DNA from: an uncultured Planctomycetota bacterium
GTDB taxonomy: Bacteria; Planctomycetota; Planctomycetia; Pirellulales; Lacipirellulaceae
NCBI GenBank assembly: GCA_963719315.1
Contig: CAVRBU010000002.1
Location: 1,088,001-1,152,000 of the forward strand
Direction: 5' to 3'
DNA: 64,000 nt
Part shown: piece after piece, positions 32,131 through 43,369 of the stretch
Layout: every line of letters starts with the position of its first letter
Numbering within the stretch: the stretch's first letter is position 1
Notes under the pieces: model-generated
Database searches by the model: none
The model's input: the letters and a program-made list of their open reading frames with translations, nothing else
Told to the model about the DNA's origin: nothing
Translations under genes and position numbers: made by a program

Positions 32131-33174
32131 ATGCGTAACCGATTTACATTACGAACTCGCAGAGATTTTCTGGCGACGGTTGCCTCAACCTCGGCAAGCT
32201 TGGCGGCGCGGCGCATATTGGGCGCAGCGCAATCCGTCGCCACATTCGACAAGGCCCAAATCGCCATCACGCTCGACCTCGAGATGGCTCGCAACTTCCC
32301 AAACTGGGAAGACTCGCACTGGGACTACGAGAAGGGCAACCTCAATCTGGCCGCCAAAGAATATGCCAAGAGCGCGTGCCATCGCGTGAAAAAACGCGGT
32401 GGCGTGATCCACACCTTCTGCGTCGGCCAGGTCCTCGAACAGCCAAACGTCGACTGGCTCAAAGCAATGGCCGCTGAGGGGCACCCGATCGGCAACCACA
32501 CATACGACCACGTCTACCTGCTGGCAAAGAGGCCTGAGGAGATCCAATACAAGTTCAGCCGCGCGCCCTGGCTCATTCGCGATCGCCCTGTCGCCGACGT
32601 GCTTCGCGATAATATCCGCCTCACCAGCGTCGCGCTGAAGGAACGAATAGGCGTCGAGGCCAACGGCTTCCGCACCCCCGGCGGTTTCGCCACGGCTCTG
32701 CATGGCCGCGAAGATCTGCAAAAAATGCTTCTCGGCCTTGGCTTCAATTGGGTCAGCTGCAAATATCCTGCCCACGCCGGCATGGAAGACCTTGTCGCCA
32801 CTCACAAATCGTCGCCGTCCGACGCCGCGTACTTGAACATCGTCGCGGCGCAGCTCGACGCGCAGCCATTCCTCTATAAAACCGGCCTCCTCGATATTCC
32901 GATGAGCCCGATCAGCGACATCGGCGCCTTCCGCAACGGGCGCTGGCAACTCGAACACCTGCTGAAAGCCATCCGACTCGCCATGGCCCGGGTCATCGAA
33001 CGCCGAGAAGTCTTCGACTTCCTTTGCCACCCGTCGGTCATCGGCGTCAAAGATCCAAACTTTCAGGCGATCGACTTGATTTGCGATTTGGTCGAACAGT
33101 CGAATGGCCGAGCCGAGATCGTATCACTCGACACGATCGCCAAACGCGCTCGAACCAAGCTTGCGGCAAACTGA
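32131..33174 (+). CDS. Tat-exported polysaccharide deacetylase (CE4/NodB-like)
   Basis: TRRDFL twin-arginine signal; AITLDLE, GHPIGNHTYDH, GFRTPGG, FLCHP. Confidence 0.82.
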   Translation: MRNRFTLRTRRDFLATVASTSASLAARRILGAAQSVATFDKAQIAITLDLEMARNFPNWEDSHWDYEKGNLNLAAKEYAKSACHRVKKRGGVIHTFCVGQVLEQPNVDWLKAMAAEGHPIGNHTYDHVYLLAKRPEEIQYKFSRAPWLIRDRPVADVLRDNIRLTSVALKERIGVEANGFRTPGGFATALHGREDLQKMLLGLGFNWVSCKYPAHAGMEDLVATHKSSPSDAAYLNIVAAQLDAQPFLYKTGLLDIPMSPISDIGAFRNGRWQLEHLLKAIRLAMARVIERREVFDFLCHPSVIGVKDPNFQAIDLICDLVEQSNGRAEIVSLDTIAKRARTKLAAN

Positions 33175-33184
33175 GAGTTTTTTC

Positions 33185-36100
33185 ATGCAACGCTGCCTGC
33201 AAGTAATCCTGTGCCTTCTCTGTTGCACCGCCAGTCATGCTGCGCACTCACAAGGCTTCTCCCCCGCGAAGTCCGAGCGCCGCATGACCGTTGCCAAAGG
33301 TCTGAAGTCTACGCTCTTCGCCAGCGAACCCATGGTCCGCCAATCAACATTCGTAAAATGCGATGATCGTGGCCGGCTCTGGACCATCCAATATCTCCAG
33401 TACCCCAATCCGGCCGGTCTCAAGCGCGTGAAAGTCGATCGCTGGTCGCGCACCGAATATGACCGCGTTCCCGAGCCGCCTCCGCGCGGCCCGCGCGGCG
33501 CCGACCGCATCACAATCCTGGAAGACAAAGATGGCGACGGTCACGCTGACGGCGCCAAAGATTTCGTCGATGGACTCAACATCGCCACCGGTCTCGAGTT
33601 TGGCCACGGCGGTGTCTATGTCCTCAACCCGCCCCACCTGCTCTACTATCCCGACGCCAATCGCGACGATGTCCCCGATCGCGATCCCGAAGTGCTGCTC
33701 ACTGGCTTTGGCATGGAAGATGCCCAGGCGATGTCTAACCATCTCACTTGGGGCCCCGACGGCTGGCTCTACGGCGTGAACGGCAGCACCACCACCTGTC
33801 GCATTCGCGGCCTCGAATTCCAGCAAGGCCTCTGGCGTTACCACCCGATCACTCGCGAATTCGAACTCTTCAGCGAAGGCGGCTCCAACTGCTACGGCGT
33901 CACGTTCGACGCGAACGGCGAAGTCTATTATTCAACCAACGGCGGCCCGTTCGTCAACGCCGTACAAGGCGGCTACTTCTACAAGAGCTTCGGCAAGCAC
34001 GGCCCGCTTCACAACCTGCACGCGTACCACTACTTTCCCGAACTCGAGCGCGATCAGGTCCCCGGCGGCCCGCCGACCGGAGGTACGATTTATCTCGCCG
34101 ACGCGTTTCCGCAACAATTCCGCGGCTCATTCATCGCCGGCAACTTCCTGGGACACGCGGTGTCCTGGTGGACAATCCAACCAACTGGCAGCACCGTCCG
34201 CGCGAAGTACGGCGGTGTGGTCGCAGAAGCCCACGACACCTGGTTCGGCGCTACCGATGTTTGCCTGGCGCCTGACGGCGCGCTCTACGTGAGCGACTTT
34301 TACGACCAGCGCACCGCCCACCCCGATCCCGACGCCAACTGGGACCGCTCAAACGGCCGTATCTACAAGATCACATCCGCCGATGCCAAACCGCCTATGC
34401 ACATCGACGTAGCTGCTCTTTCGAGCAACGAACTCGTCGACCTGCTTTCAAATTCCAATCATTGGCACTCCAACCGCGCCCGCGTCGAGCTAGCCCATCG
34501 CCGCGATCCCCAGATCGTCGATCGCCTCCGCAACATGGCAACGCAAACCGCCGACAATCGGCTGGCGCTTGAAGGACTCTGGGCACTCAACGCGGCCACT
34601 GAAATCGATGACGCCCTTGCAAGGCAACTCCTCAAACACCCCTATCCGTACGTTCGCTATTGGACGGTCCGCCTCGTCGGCGACCGCAAAGCCGCGTCAC
34701 CGAAGTTGGTCGACGATTTCACCACATTGGCTGCCAACGATTCGAGCCCCGTCGTCCGCGCCAATTGGCCGCAACCGCGAAGCGTCTACCGGCCCCGGCA
34801 TGTCTTCAAATCGTCGACGCATTGCTGCGTGCCCACCCCAACGAATCCGACGCGCGCATCCCTTGGCTCATCTGGTGGGCCGTCGAAGCGAAAGCACCAA
34901 CCGACACATCGCGGATCGTTGTCGAGTTTTCCCATCCAGCAGTGTGGTCCAACCCCGCGGCCCGCGACGTCGCCCTGCTCCTCATCCGCCGCTATGCCGC
35001 CGAGGGCACATCCACCGGCTACGATGCGTGCGCAAAGCTGCTCTCCACGGTGCCCGAGCAATACGCCGATTCAGCCCACGAGTATTTGCGCAAAGGCCTC
35101 GCCGAGCGCTCGGTCGGTCTTCAAGGCGTCGGCCAAGGTGGCCTGTATGGCGACCAGGCAGCCGGAGCGGCCGGAGATCCAGCCACCGAGATCCGCCGCT
35201 ACGAACCGCTGACGCGTTCTCTCCAATCATTTATCGCCGCGCTTTGGCAACAACATCCCGATGACCCCGCACTACTTGAACTCGCACTCCGCGCCAATAT
35301 CGACGAAGCCTACCCCACTCTGAAAACGGCCGCGTTCCAGCCCGGTCAAAAACCGGAACTCCGCGCGTCGCTGTTTGCGCTACTCCGCGAATTCGGCCAG
35401 GCCGATCTGGCCCCCAGACTGATCCAGCAGCTCAACGCAAAACAACTCGACTCCGTAAAACTCGCGGTGCTCGATGTGCTGGCAACCCACGAAACCCCGG
35501 CCGTCACCTCCGCGCTCGTCGTCGCCTACCCAATCGCATCCAAAGACGTCCAACACCGCATCCGCGATGTCCTCTTCTCACGCTCCGGCTCCGCGCTCGC
35601 CTTTTTGCAATCGGTCGACGCCGGCAAACTCAAGCGCGAGGACATCCCCGTCGATCAACTTCGCCGTCTCTCGCTTCACAAGGACGAACAAATCAACACT
35701 CTCGTCCACAAGCACTGGGGCAACATCGGCCCCGGCTCCAGCGAAGAAAAGCTGGCCACAATGCGCCGCTTCAACAACGACCTGCGGGCCGGCACAGGCA
35801 ACCCGGCCGCCGGCAAACTGATTTTCGAAAAAACCTGCGCGGTTTGCCATCTACTTTTTGGCCGCGGCAACCACATCGGCCCCGACCTCACAATCGCCAA
35901 CCGCGCCGATCTTGCCGCCGTCCTCGGCAACATCGTCGACCCCAACGCCGTCATTCGCCGCGAGTTCATGAACTATGTCGTCACCACCACCACCGGCCGT
36001 ATCCTCACCGGCGTCATTGCCGAACAGGACGCTGCCTTTGTCACCATCGTCGATGCCAACAACCAGCGCACGAAAATATCACGAAACGAAATCGACGATC

Positions 36101-36207
36101 TCCACGAATCAGATGTCTCGTTGATGCCCGAACGGCTCTTGGAAAAGCTCACGACACAAGAACTCCGCGACTTGTTCGCCTACCTGCAATCTCCAAAGCC
36201 ACAGTAG
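33185..36207 (+). CDS. PVC-type haem-binding CxxCH protein (beta-propeller dehydrogenase, HEAT-like repeats, cytochrome c); frameshift near 34763
   Basis: LFASEP, DDRGRLW, DRITILEDKDGDG.AD, WGPDGWLYG, APDGALYVSDFYD, GRIYKI; C-terminal GKLIFEKTCAVCH...IGPDLT...SLMPERL...DLFAYL. Confidence 0.88.
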
Positions 36208-36210
36208 TTG

Positions 36211-38027
36211 ATGCGAATCCCCGACCATCACCGGATGAATTGCTGGCCGCGGCTCGCGACTGCTGCCTTCGCCACATACCTCGCAGCGGTCGGTTCCCCC
36301 ATTTGCGCAGAGCCAACGCACGAGTGTGGCCATCCCCGTCTCTATTTCACCGCCGATGACTTACCACATCTTCGCAAACTGAAAGAATCGGGAGAACACG
36401 CGAAGATCTGGGGCAACATGATTCAGTCCGCTGATTGGTGCGCGCAGCAGACGCCGCGGACCGAATGGATTCCGACGGCCGACAAAGATCCGCAGTTCGA
36501 AAATCTGTACGACCGCTTCTACGCCGCCATGCACGATTCCGCGATCGTCGAACATTTGGCGATGGCATCGGCCCTCTCCGACCCGAAGGACGACCGTTTT
36601 TCGAAGGCTGCCCGCAACTGGCTCCTCGCAACAGCCAGGGTCTGGAAAAACGAATCCCACAACACGCCCGACGCGAGCAAAGCGTACGCCGTGCTCCGAG
36701 TCGTGAAAGCGCTCGCCGTTGGCTACAACGTCCTCTTCGATCGTCTCACGGACTCGGAGCGTCAGGAAATACGCAACACCATCACCGCGATCTGCGAGCC
36801 TTACTATGCGTTTTTCCAAATCCCGTCGACCGCCGGCGCCGGCTACAACAAGCATCACGGCAGCGTCGACGCGGCCCCCTTCGGTGTCGCAGCGCTTGCA
36901 GTTCTCGGCGAAGTTAACCAAGCGCAAGCTTGGCTCGACCTCGCGATCAAGAAGCATGCCGACTACCTTTTGCCTCATGCACTCACACCCAGCGGCACCA
37001 ACGACCAATCGTCCAACTTCTGGGCGTCGACGATGCAGTACCGCATCTTCTTCTGCGACCCGCTGAAGCGCGTCACCGGCCGGGACCTGTTTGCCGAGTT
37101 CCCCGCGCCTTACCCGGCCGCGTCGCACTAGCCGCCATCGCCGACGGCCAGCCGGCGTCGCTCGAATTCAACGAAAACAACCGCTCGGTCCTGTTCGGCC
37201 CCTCGTACGGACAAATCAATTACTGGTCGCCAGTGCTCGTCTATCTGGCTCGCCACGATCGCCGCCCCATCTATCAGTATCTCGCCAAGTGGGACGAATC
37301 GCTCGGCTCGATCCAGCACACGCGTTACATCACGCCGCACCGCAAAGAAGAACTTCTGTTCTGCCTCGGCCCCTACGCCTATCTCTGGTGTGATAAAAAC
37401 ATCACGCCTACGATTGAACCCAACCTGCCTTTGTCCTTTGAATTTCCGGAGCCCGAAGTCAATGAGGCTTACATCCGCTCCTCATACGATCGCGGCGGCA
37501 TTGTCGCCGCTATGCGTAAGGGCGGCCTTATCGTCAACGCCGGCGGCCAGCGCGTCCTCGTCGATCAACTCGGGGTCGACGATACGAGCAAACCAACCGC
37601 AGCCGTTGAGGAAACGCTCCTCGCCGACGACGGCCGCCACGCCACGATTCGCTGCGTCGGCCCAAAACTGGCCGGCATCGGCGAACAACTGGTCGACCTC
37701 GACCGACCATTGAAGCTTTCCATTTCCAGAGCGACCGACAAGCCATTAACTTGGTGGTACGCCGGCAATCCGGAGCAACATGGCAACTCGCTCACTTGGT
37801 CGGGCGGCACGCAACTAAAAATCACGCAGGGGAAGATCACCAAGATCGATCCGCAAGGATTCGTCGAATCGAAACGCCATTTCGGCGGAATGGAATTCGC
37901 CGATCCGCATCCGTTTACGTATCCAACCATGACCGTCGCGCCCGAAAACGGTCGGATTGCATTGGAAGTAACCACGCCCGTTGGCAAATCCGCGTCGAAT
38001 CGACTGACTTCATCCAATTCGGAGTGA
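36211..38027 (+). CDS. Exported DUF4962/heparinase II-III-like (alpha/alpha toroid) protein; frameshift near 37105
   Basis: Signal peptide then HPRLYFTADDLPHLR, ALAVGYNVLFDRLTDSERQEIR, YNKHH; continues in ORF 36930..38027. Confidence 0.6.
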
Positions 38028-38031
38028 AATC

Positions 38032-39138
38032 ATGCTCCTGTCACAAATTTCATTTAACACACGCTGCCGAACATTTCTCGTGTCTGGCATCGCCGTTTTG
38101 TCGTTCGCTACTGTAACACTTGCTGTAGACAAAGGCACTCGCACCTACGAAAACAATCTCACCCCGATCAAATATCCCAAACCGTTACTTGGCGACTATC
38201 CGGAATTTATCCAGCCCGTCGTCGAATCGCAACGCTTCGAAGCGCCGATGTTGGTCGACGATGAGAATGCCGACCTCGACGTTCGCGCCTGGCGCTATTC
38301 ATACAATGCCCGCGGTATCATCGAAATGCCCAATAAGCTGGCAGCCAAACACACGGCTGTCATTATGGTCCATCCCTGGGGCATCGACGACAGTTGGGGC
38401 TGGCGTTCGCCCGAGCCGGCCGGTGTCTCCGATATGTGTACGCCGGAAAAGAATCGGCTCTCGGCACGCCACACCGAGCAAGTAATCGAGCCACTACTGA
38501 AGCGTCTCCGCGATCGAGTCGGACTCGTGGTCTACAGCCTGCCGCGAAACGAGCAGCCCGTTCATGCCAAGTTGTATCGCTCGATTCGCAAAACCCCGAC
38601 CGAAGCCGAGCGCGCCGAAGGCCGCCGCGAAATGAAACAAATCCTGGCCAACTATCCGTACCAGGGACAGCCTCTACCCGAGACGCTCAAGCTATCGCGC
38701 AGCTCAACCGTGAAAGACTACTTCCAACAATTCCCCGGCCTTGATGCCAGCGATGAATACGAAGGCAAAGGATTTTGGGAACTCCCAATCCCGATCGTCG
38801 ACGTAATCTCAGTCGCTCCAACCGATGTCGTAATCTATGACGCCGAAGGCTATCCGCCGCTTCGCGACTTCCTCAAGAAAAACGGGATCGAACATGTCCT
38901 GTTGATTGGCTATGCCACCGACATGTGCTTCTGCAAAACCACCGCCGGCTATGAAAACCTCTCCAAGGACTTCAATGTCTTCCTGGTCGGCGATGCCACG
39001 CTCGCCACTTTCCCAGCCAACAACACTCCCAAATACGCAACCAACGCCCATATCTCCTTCGCCGCGCTCAACCACCTCATCACGCAAACCAGCTGGATTC
39101 AACTTCGCAAGGACGCAAGAACGGCGATTGCCAAATAG
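38032..39138 (+). CDS. Exported isochorismatase-family cysteine hydrolase
   Basis: Signal peptide; HTAVIMVHPW, LKKNGIEHVLLIGYATDMC, FNVFLVGDAT. Confidence 0.7.
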   Translation: MLLSQISFNTRCRTFLVSGIAVLSFATVTLAVDKGTRTYENNLTPIKYPKPLLGDYPEFIQPVVESQRFEAPMLVDDENADLDVRAWRYSYNARGIIEMPNKLAAKHTAVIMVHPWGIDDSWGWRSPEPAGVSDMCTPEKNRLSARHTEQVIEPLLKRLRDRVGLVVYSLPRNEQPVHAKLYRSIRKTPTEAERAEGRREMKQILANYPYQGQPLPETLKLSRSSTVKDYFQQFPGLDASDEYEGKGFWELPIPIVDVISVAPTDVVIYDAEGYPPLRDFLKKNGIEHVLLIGYATDMCFCKTTAGYENLSKDFNVFLVGDATLATFPANNTPKYATNAHISFAALNHLITQTSWIQLRKDARTAIAK

Positions 39139-39139
39139 C

Positions 39140-40408
39140 CTAGAGTTGCGACCCCAACCCAGCCGGCACTTTGCGCGGCAGGCGATGAACGCCTCCACGC
39201 GGTTCGAACAATTCCGGTAGCCGTTCCGCGAACTCCCGATTGGCTCCTGGGGTAAACTGTGGCGAATTTAATTCCGCGCCGTTGATTGTTGGCAAATAAG
39301 CGCCCACCAGGGCCGCGTGAATGAGTGAAATTCCCGGGTTCGACAAATCCTGCAGAGAAATTGCCATCCCGTGTCGCTGTGCCCACGCGGCGCAAACCAG
39401 GAGCATGCTGTGCCCTTTGCACGTCTTCAGCGCAAGCCCACCGTAACCTTGGCGACTCGCTTCGGCCAATACATCCAAATCGGTCAGACCTTCATCAATC
39501 ATAACGGGTACATACCTGGCAACTGGCCGCCAATCAACCGGATGCCCTCGAATGTCGCGGCTTGTCGGTTGCTCCAAATACATCAGGGCGCTGAATGCGC
39601 CCGGTTCCGTTGCCTTCAATTGCTCCAGATAGTCGACAACGCTTTCAACCGACGGGTTGGCCTCGTTTGTGTCGACGGTAAAGCGGACCTCGGATGCACC
39701 GTGCACCTTCGCAGCGCGGTAGAACTCGATCGTTCGCGTAACATCAAGTTTATTGTCGCGGCCCGTAAGCTTGAGTTTGAAACACTGGTACCCGTGCCGC
39801 CGAATCGCAGGGACAAGCGTTGTGTCGAGCGCCTCTTCGGCACCGACAACGTACCAAGCCGGCAATTCGAGACGCGCCGGTCGAATGACGTCACGTATTG
39901 CCGCGAAGGCTCGACCTTCCGCGAAGTATGCGTCAGCCGTCGGTGACGGGATTGTGTCGTCATATAGCTCAAATGCCGACCGACCAATCGCCTGTCCCGC
40001 CGCGTCGTGGATCGCGGCGTCGAACGGGCTGGCACACATGGCGCATGCAAGCGCGGGCGGATCTAGCGCAATCGCCAGTTCGCGACAAGCCAACTGATGA
40101 AGTCGCAGGCCATGCTCGAGCGGGTGAAGTTTCGCGTTGCGAACGCATTTCGGAAACTCCACTGCCAGACATTCACAAAGCTGCCGAAGCGCCGCGTCTC
40201 GCTGTTCGTGCGTCAGCGAGGCGTCGGGCCACGCCCATAGGTCGCTCAGATAGATAGTGCCGCGGCCCGTAGCATGTCGACCGTTCGCATCACCGACTAT
40301 TGAAACCGTCGCCTGCGTTAGCTCTTCGATTACTCTGCGGCTCAACTTTAACGGTGCCGCAAGTCGCTGCGACCGAAATGATACGTCAGCTTGCAGAATT
40401 TGGAACAT
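39140..40408 (-). CDS. Enolase-superfamily enzyme (mandelate racemase/muconate lactonising type)
   Basis: FDAAIHDA, FKLKL, VDTNE, YLEQP, VMIDEG, ALKTCKG. Confidence 0.85.
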   Translation of the reverse strand: MFQILQADVSFRSQRLAAPLKLSRRVIEELTQATVSIVGDANGRHATGRGTIYLSDLWAWPDASLTHEQRDAALRQLCECLAVEFPKCVRNAKLHPLEHGLRLHQLACRELAIALDPPALACAMCASPFDAAIHDAAGQAIGRSAFELYDDTIPSPTADAYFAEGRAFAAIRDVIRPARLELPAWYVVGAEEALDTTLVPAIRRHGYQCFKLKLTGRDNKLDVTRTIEFYRAAKVHGASEVRFTVDTNEANPSVESVVDYLEQLKATEPGAFSALMYLEQPTSRDIRGHPVDWRPVARYVPVMIDEGLTDLDVLAEASRQGYGGLALKTCKGHSMLLVCAAWAQRHGMAISLQDLSNPGISLIHAALVGAYLPTINGAELNSPQFTPGANREFAERLPELFEPRGGVHRLPRKVPAGLGSQL

Positions 40409-40871
40409 TGATCAAAGATTTTGCGACCGCCGGCCTTGGCAAGTGATCGGTTTCCGACGACGCACGCAATTGTAGCAGCTTCGAAGCGCGACTAGCAGGC
40501 TGGCACAACATAGTTCGTCCTTTGTCCAGCGTTGGGACCCAGATCTCGCTGGAGAGGTCGAAGCGGTACACCGTGTAGCGGTGAGAGGACTTGGCGTACT
40601 TGGCCAGTGCCGGGTAGTCGGCCTTGAGTTGCGTGGCGCCGATGGTAAATGGCCTGGCTAAGCCAAGTCTGGCGATAATTCCGACGTACTTGGTCACCGT
40701 GCGGCGGCTGAGATTGCACTCCTCGGCGATCGTGGTCTGTGATGGGCAGGCGGTAAGAGAATCCCAGTCGCGATGCGCCCAGACGCACTGCAGGATCGCC
40801 TTGAGCGTCGGGTAATACGGAGAGGTATTGAAGTTATAGAGTGCTCTCCACTCTTCGAATTCGTTGGCCAT
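40386..40871 (-). CDS. Winged-helix HTH protein resembling phage/plasmid replication-initiator N-terminal domains; possibly 3'-truncated
   Basis: TLKAIL..V...RD....ACPSQTTIAEECNLSRRTVTKYV..IARLGL. Confidence 0.65.
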   Translation of the reverse strand: MANEFEEWRALYNFNTSPYYPTLKAILQCVWAHRDWDSLTACPSQTTIAEECNLSRRTVTKYVGIIARLGLARPFTIGATQLKADYPALAKYAKSSHRYTVYRFDLSSEIWVPTLDKGRTMLCQPASRASKLLQLRASSETDHLPRPAVAKSLINVPNSAS

Positions 40872-41111
40872 CGCTTGATCGACCTTTCGGAATAAACATT
40901 GAGCCGGCTAGGTCAAGCGATGAAACCCTAGCCGGCTCTTGGTTCTGGTCGGTGGCGGACATCGCTGCAATCAGGGTGGTCGCATGGCGTGTATTTTCCA
41001 GAACCCGCCACGCTTCCAAATTAGATTTGACGCCGCCCCTATTAAGCACTCGGCGATCGAGCGAATCCCGTCGTGATGGGGTTTATGTCGGCGAAACGCT
41101 CGCCGCACTCA

Positions 41112-41600
41112 TTACTGTCCACGCAGCAGATACTTCTCTACATATTGGTTGTCGGCTCGCTCTAAAACCACTTCGGCGGTCATGGTGTAATAGCAGCCAT
41201 CGCTGGCTTGAAAGACTATGCGGCTGATGGTGTCAACGATGCCCGAGTTATGGAGATCGCCGGCTGCGGCTCGCAAAAGCTCATCTGCCGAGACGCCTGC
41301 TTCAATGTCCGGGTAATTCGCTGCCCCTGCGATCCAGCGCCGGATCGTAAGAGGCTCGGTTTGACCACCTGTCGGCGCATTGAACGTCTCGACCCACGCG
41401 GCGAAATCCTCTTCGGTCAGTTGGTCCGTTTCGATAGCTAATCGACGCAGTCGGATCGGATCCAAGGCAACTACCGAAGTGGCGATTGGCCGGAGGTGGT
41501 CGACGATTTGTGCGGCGCCGTCCGCGTCGTCTGCCAAGACGAAGTCGAGGAATACCTCCTGGTGCTCAACGTCGATCGCAATAACTCAGAAGCTTGGCAT
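41112..41600 (-). pseudogene. Acidic hypothetical protein with an in-frame TGA at codon 5
   Basis: ATG 41600: MPSF*VIAIDVEHQEVFLDFVLADDADG..., in frame with ORF 41112..41537. Confidence 0.5.
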
Positions 41601-41646
41601 AATGGTTCTCGCAGCGGATTTGGTGCTAACTACGCCTCACAGCCCG

Positions 41647-42003
41647 TCAGCTTTTTGTCCACTTCCGCTTTCGTCGAGTGGCCCGATTGATGCAGGCGAC
41701 CAGCAACCGCGATGCCGGCACGCCGGTCGTGCCGCTGGCCGACTTGAGCGATCTGAGAAGTTCGTCGCTCAGGGGAAGGCGAGCGGGGCGGTCTTGCCCG
41801 GATGTCGAGGCCGGCAGTCCGACCTTTTCCAAATCCGTGGCAATTTTTGGCAATTCGTGACCGATCGCCTGCGAGAGGAACTCGGCGACGGTCAGGCCGA
41901 ACTGCTTTCGCTTGGCGCCCATGTCCCTCCGAATCTGGGGAGGCAGGCGGTAAGTACGGTAAACGGTTTGAAGGGTTCGGACATTTGATCGTTTGGCGGC
42001 CAT
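41647..42003 (-). CDS. Small basic DNA-binding protein, possibly tandem ribbon-helix-helix
   Basis: Two units: RTYRLPPQIRRDM..KRKQFGLTVAEFLSQAI and ARLPLSDELLRSLKSASGTTGVPASRLLVACI. Confidence 0.55.
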   Translation of the reverse strand: MAAKRSNVRTLQTVYRTYRLPPQIRRDMGAKRKQFGLTVAEFLSQAIGHELPKIATDLEKVGLPASTSGQDRPARLPLSDELLRSLKSASGTTGVPASRLLVACINRATRRKRKWTKS

Positions 42004-43001
42004 GGAAAACATCCAGCGTGGAAGGAAATAGTCCACGTTCGATGTTAGCACCCCAAAAAACGCCTCAATAGATTCGGACAAGAAACCCAACGCACTCGAC
42101 GTTTCTCCGAACACGGTGCGAGTGGAGGGAGTGGCTGGAAAGATCAACGGGTATCGACCGAGCCCGTTCCCCAAGCAATTCAGATTCAGTCGACTCTCGA
42201 ATTGGTGTTGTGTCGGCGTTTTCTTCTTGCCGCGAGACGGCTTCTTATCAATGAATGGGCCGAGAACCGCTCAACATGTTCTTGCAGTGCGGAAAACCTA
42301 TTCCCGACCCCGGGAATGGCAAGCGGTCGCGAATGCCCACGGTGACAACACCGGTGCCGTCACGGCGGTTTAAGTTTCGTTACCCGAGGTCTATGAATAA
42401 AGGTCCATTTTATGTCGGCGCTTCACGGACTACTTTCTCTTTCATGATAATCTCCAGACATTTGGGACATTGCGGACATTTGTCCGCGTTGCCCGTTCGA
42501 TTTCGCCGGAACCCACGGCGGTGAGCCGCCGCTTCGCCAGACGATCGAATTATTCGACGCCCCGGCAAGCCGATGTCTGTGTCTGTCCGAGTGTGTCTCA
42601 AGTCGTCGCAAGCGGTCCCAACAACTGGACATAAAAGAAAATGGGAGCGTGGTCGATGATGAAATTGCTGCAACAAAAACTCGCTGCGGGCTTGTACGCC
42701 GTGGGCAAATTGTTACACTCAAAGTCGCAGCTCACCCTACCGAGCCCAACGTCGCGATTAAAAAAGCGACATTTGATGGCCGACTTGCGAGTTGCACAGA
42801 TTGCTGGTCGCTGTGACCGGCAACAAACTGTGCTCCCGTTACGGCCTTTCTCGCTGGTTTCTCAGCAGCCCGTCCCGGCAGCCTTACCAATGACATCGTG
42901 GCTTTACGATGCGCCAGTCCCATCCAGCACCACCCAACGTAGGGGAGGCCACGCACCATTTCCACCAAATGGTGCGTCTGTCGACGACCGCTCCATTTTT
43001 C

Positions 43002-43160
43002 CGCGATGGCCACGAACGCAACTCGCGCACCAAATGTTCGCGATGGCGACGGACGAATGTCGCGCACCAAATGTTCGCGATGGTGACGGACGAATGTCGC
43101 GCACCAAATAGTCGCGATGGTGACGGACGAATGCTGCGCACCAAATAGTCGCGATGGTGG
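43002..43160. repeat. 37-bp tandem repeat (3 full and 2 partial units), no spacers
   Basis: Units start at 43024, 43061, 43098, 43135: CGCGCACCAAATRKTCGCGATGGYGACGGACGAATGY. Confidence 0.95.
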
Positions 43161-43369
43161 GAAACGTCGAGCCCCATCGATTTGGCGTCAGCGGCTGGAG
43201 AGTCAGTGGCTTTTTCCCGTGGCAGCCGTCGCTCGGGGACGTGTGCAAGCTTAAACGGTCAGAATACTCGAACTAGCCACCGTCTGGTCGCGAACGGCAG
43301 GGCCCCAGATTGCACGAGGCTGACTGTTACCAAGCGCCTTACACGCACGCGCGTGTGGGCGCGTTATTT

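Noticed and set aside
42010..42950. Short ORFs or a known ncRNA in the island spacer
   Set aside because: No convincing RBS, motif or recognisable RNA family; a covariance-model search would be needed
43002..43160. CRISPR array (37-bp unit with internal dyad)
   Set aside because: Units are contiguous with no unique spacers and no cas gene is recognisable in the window
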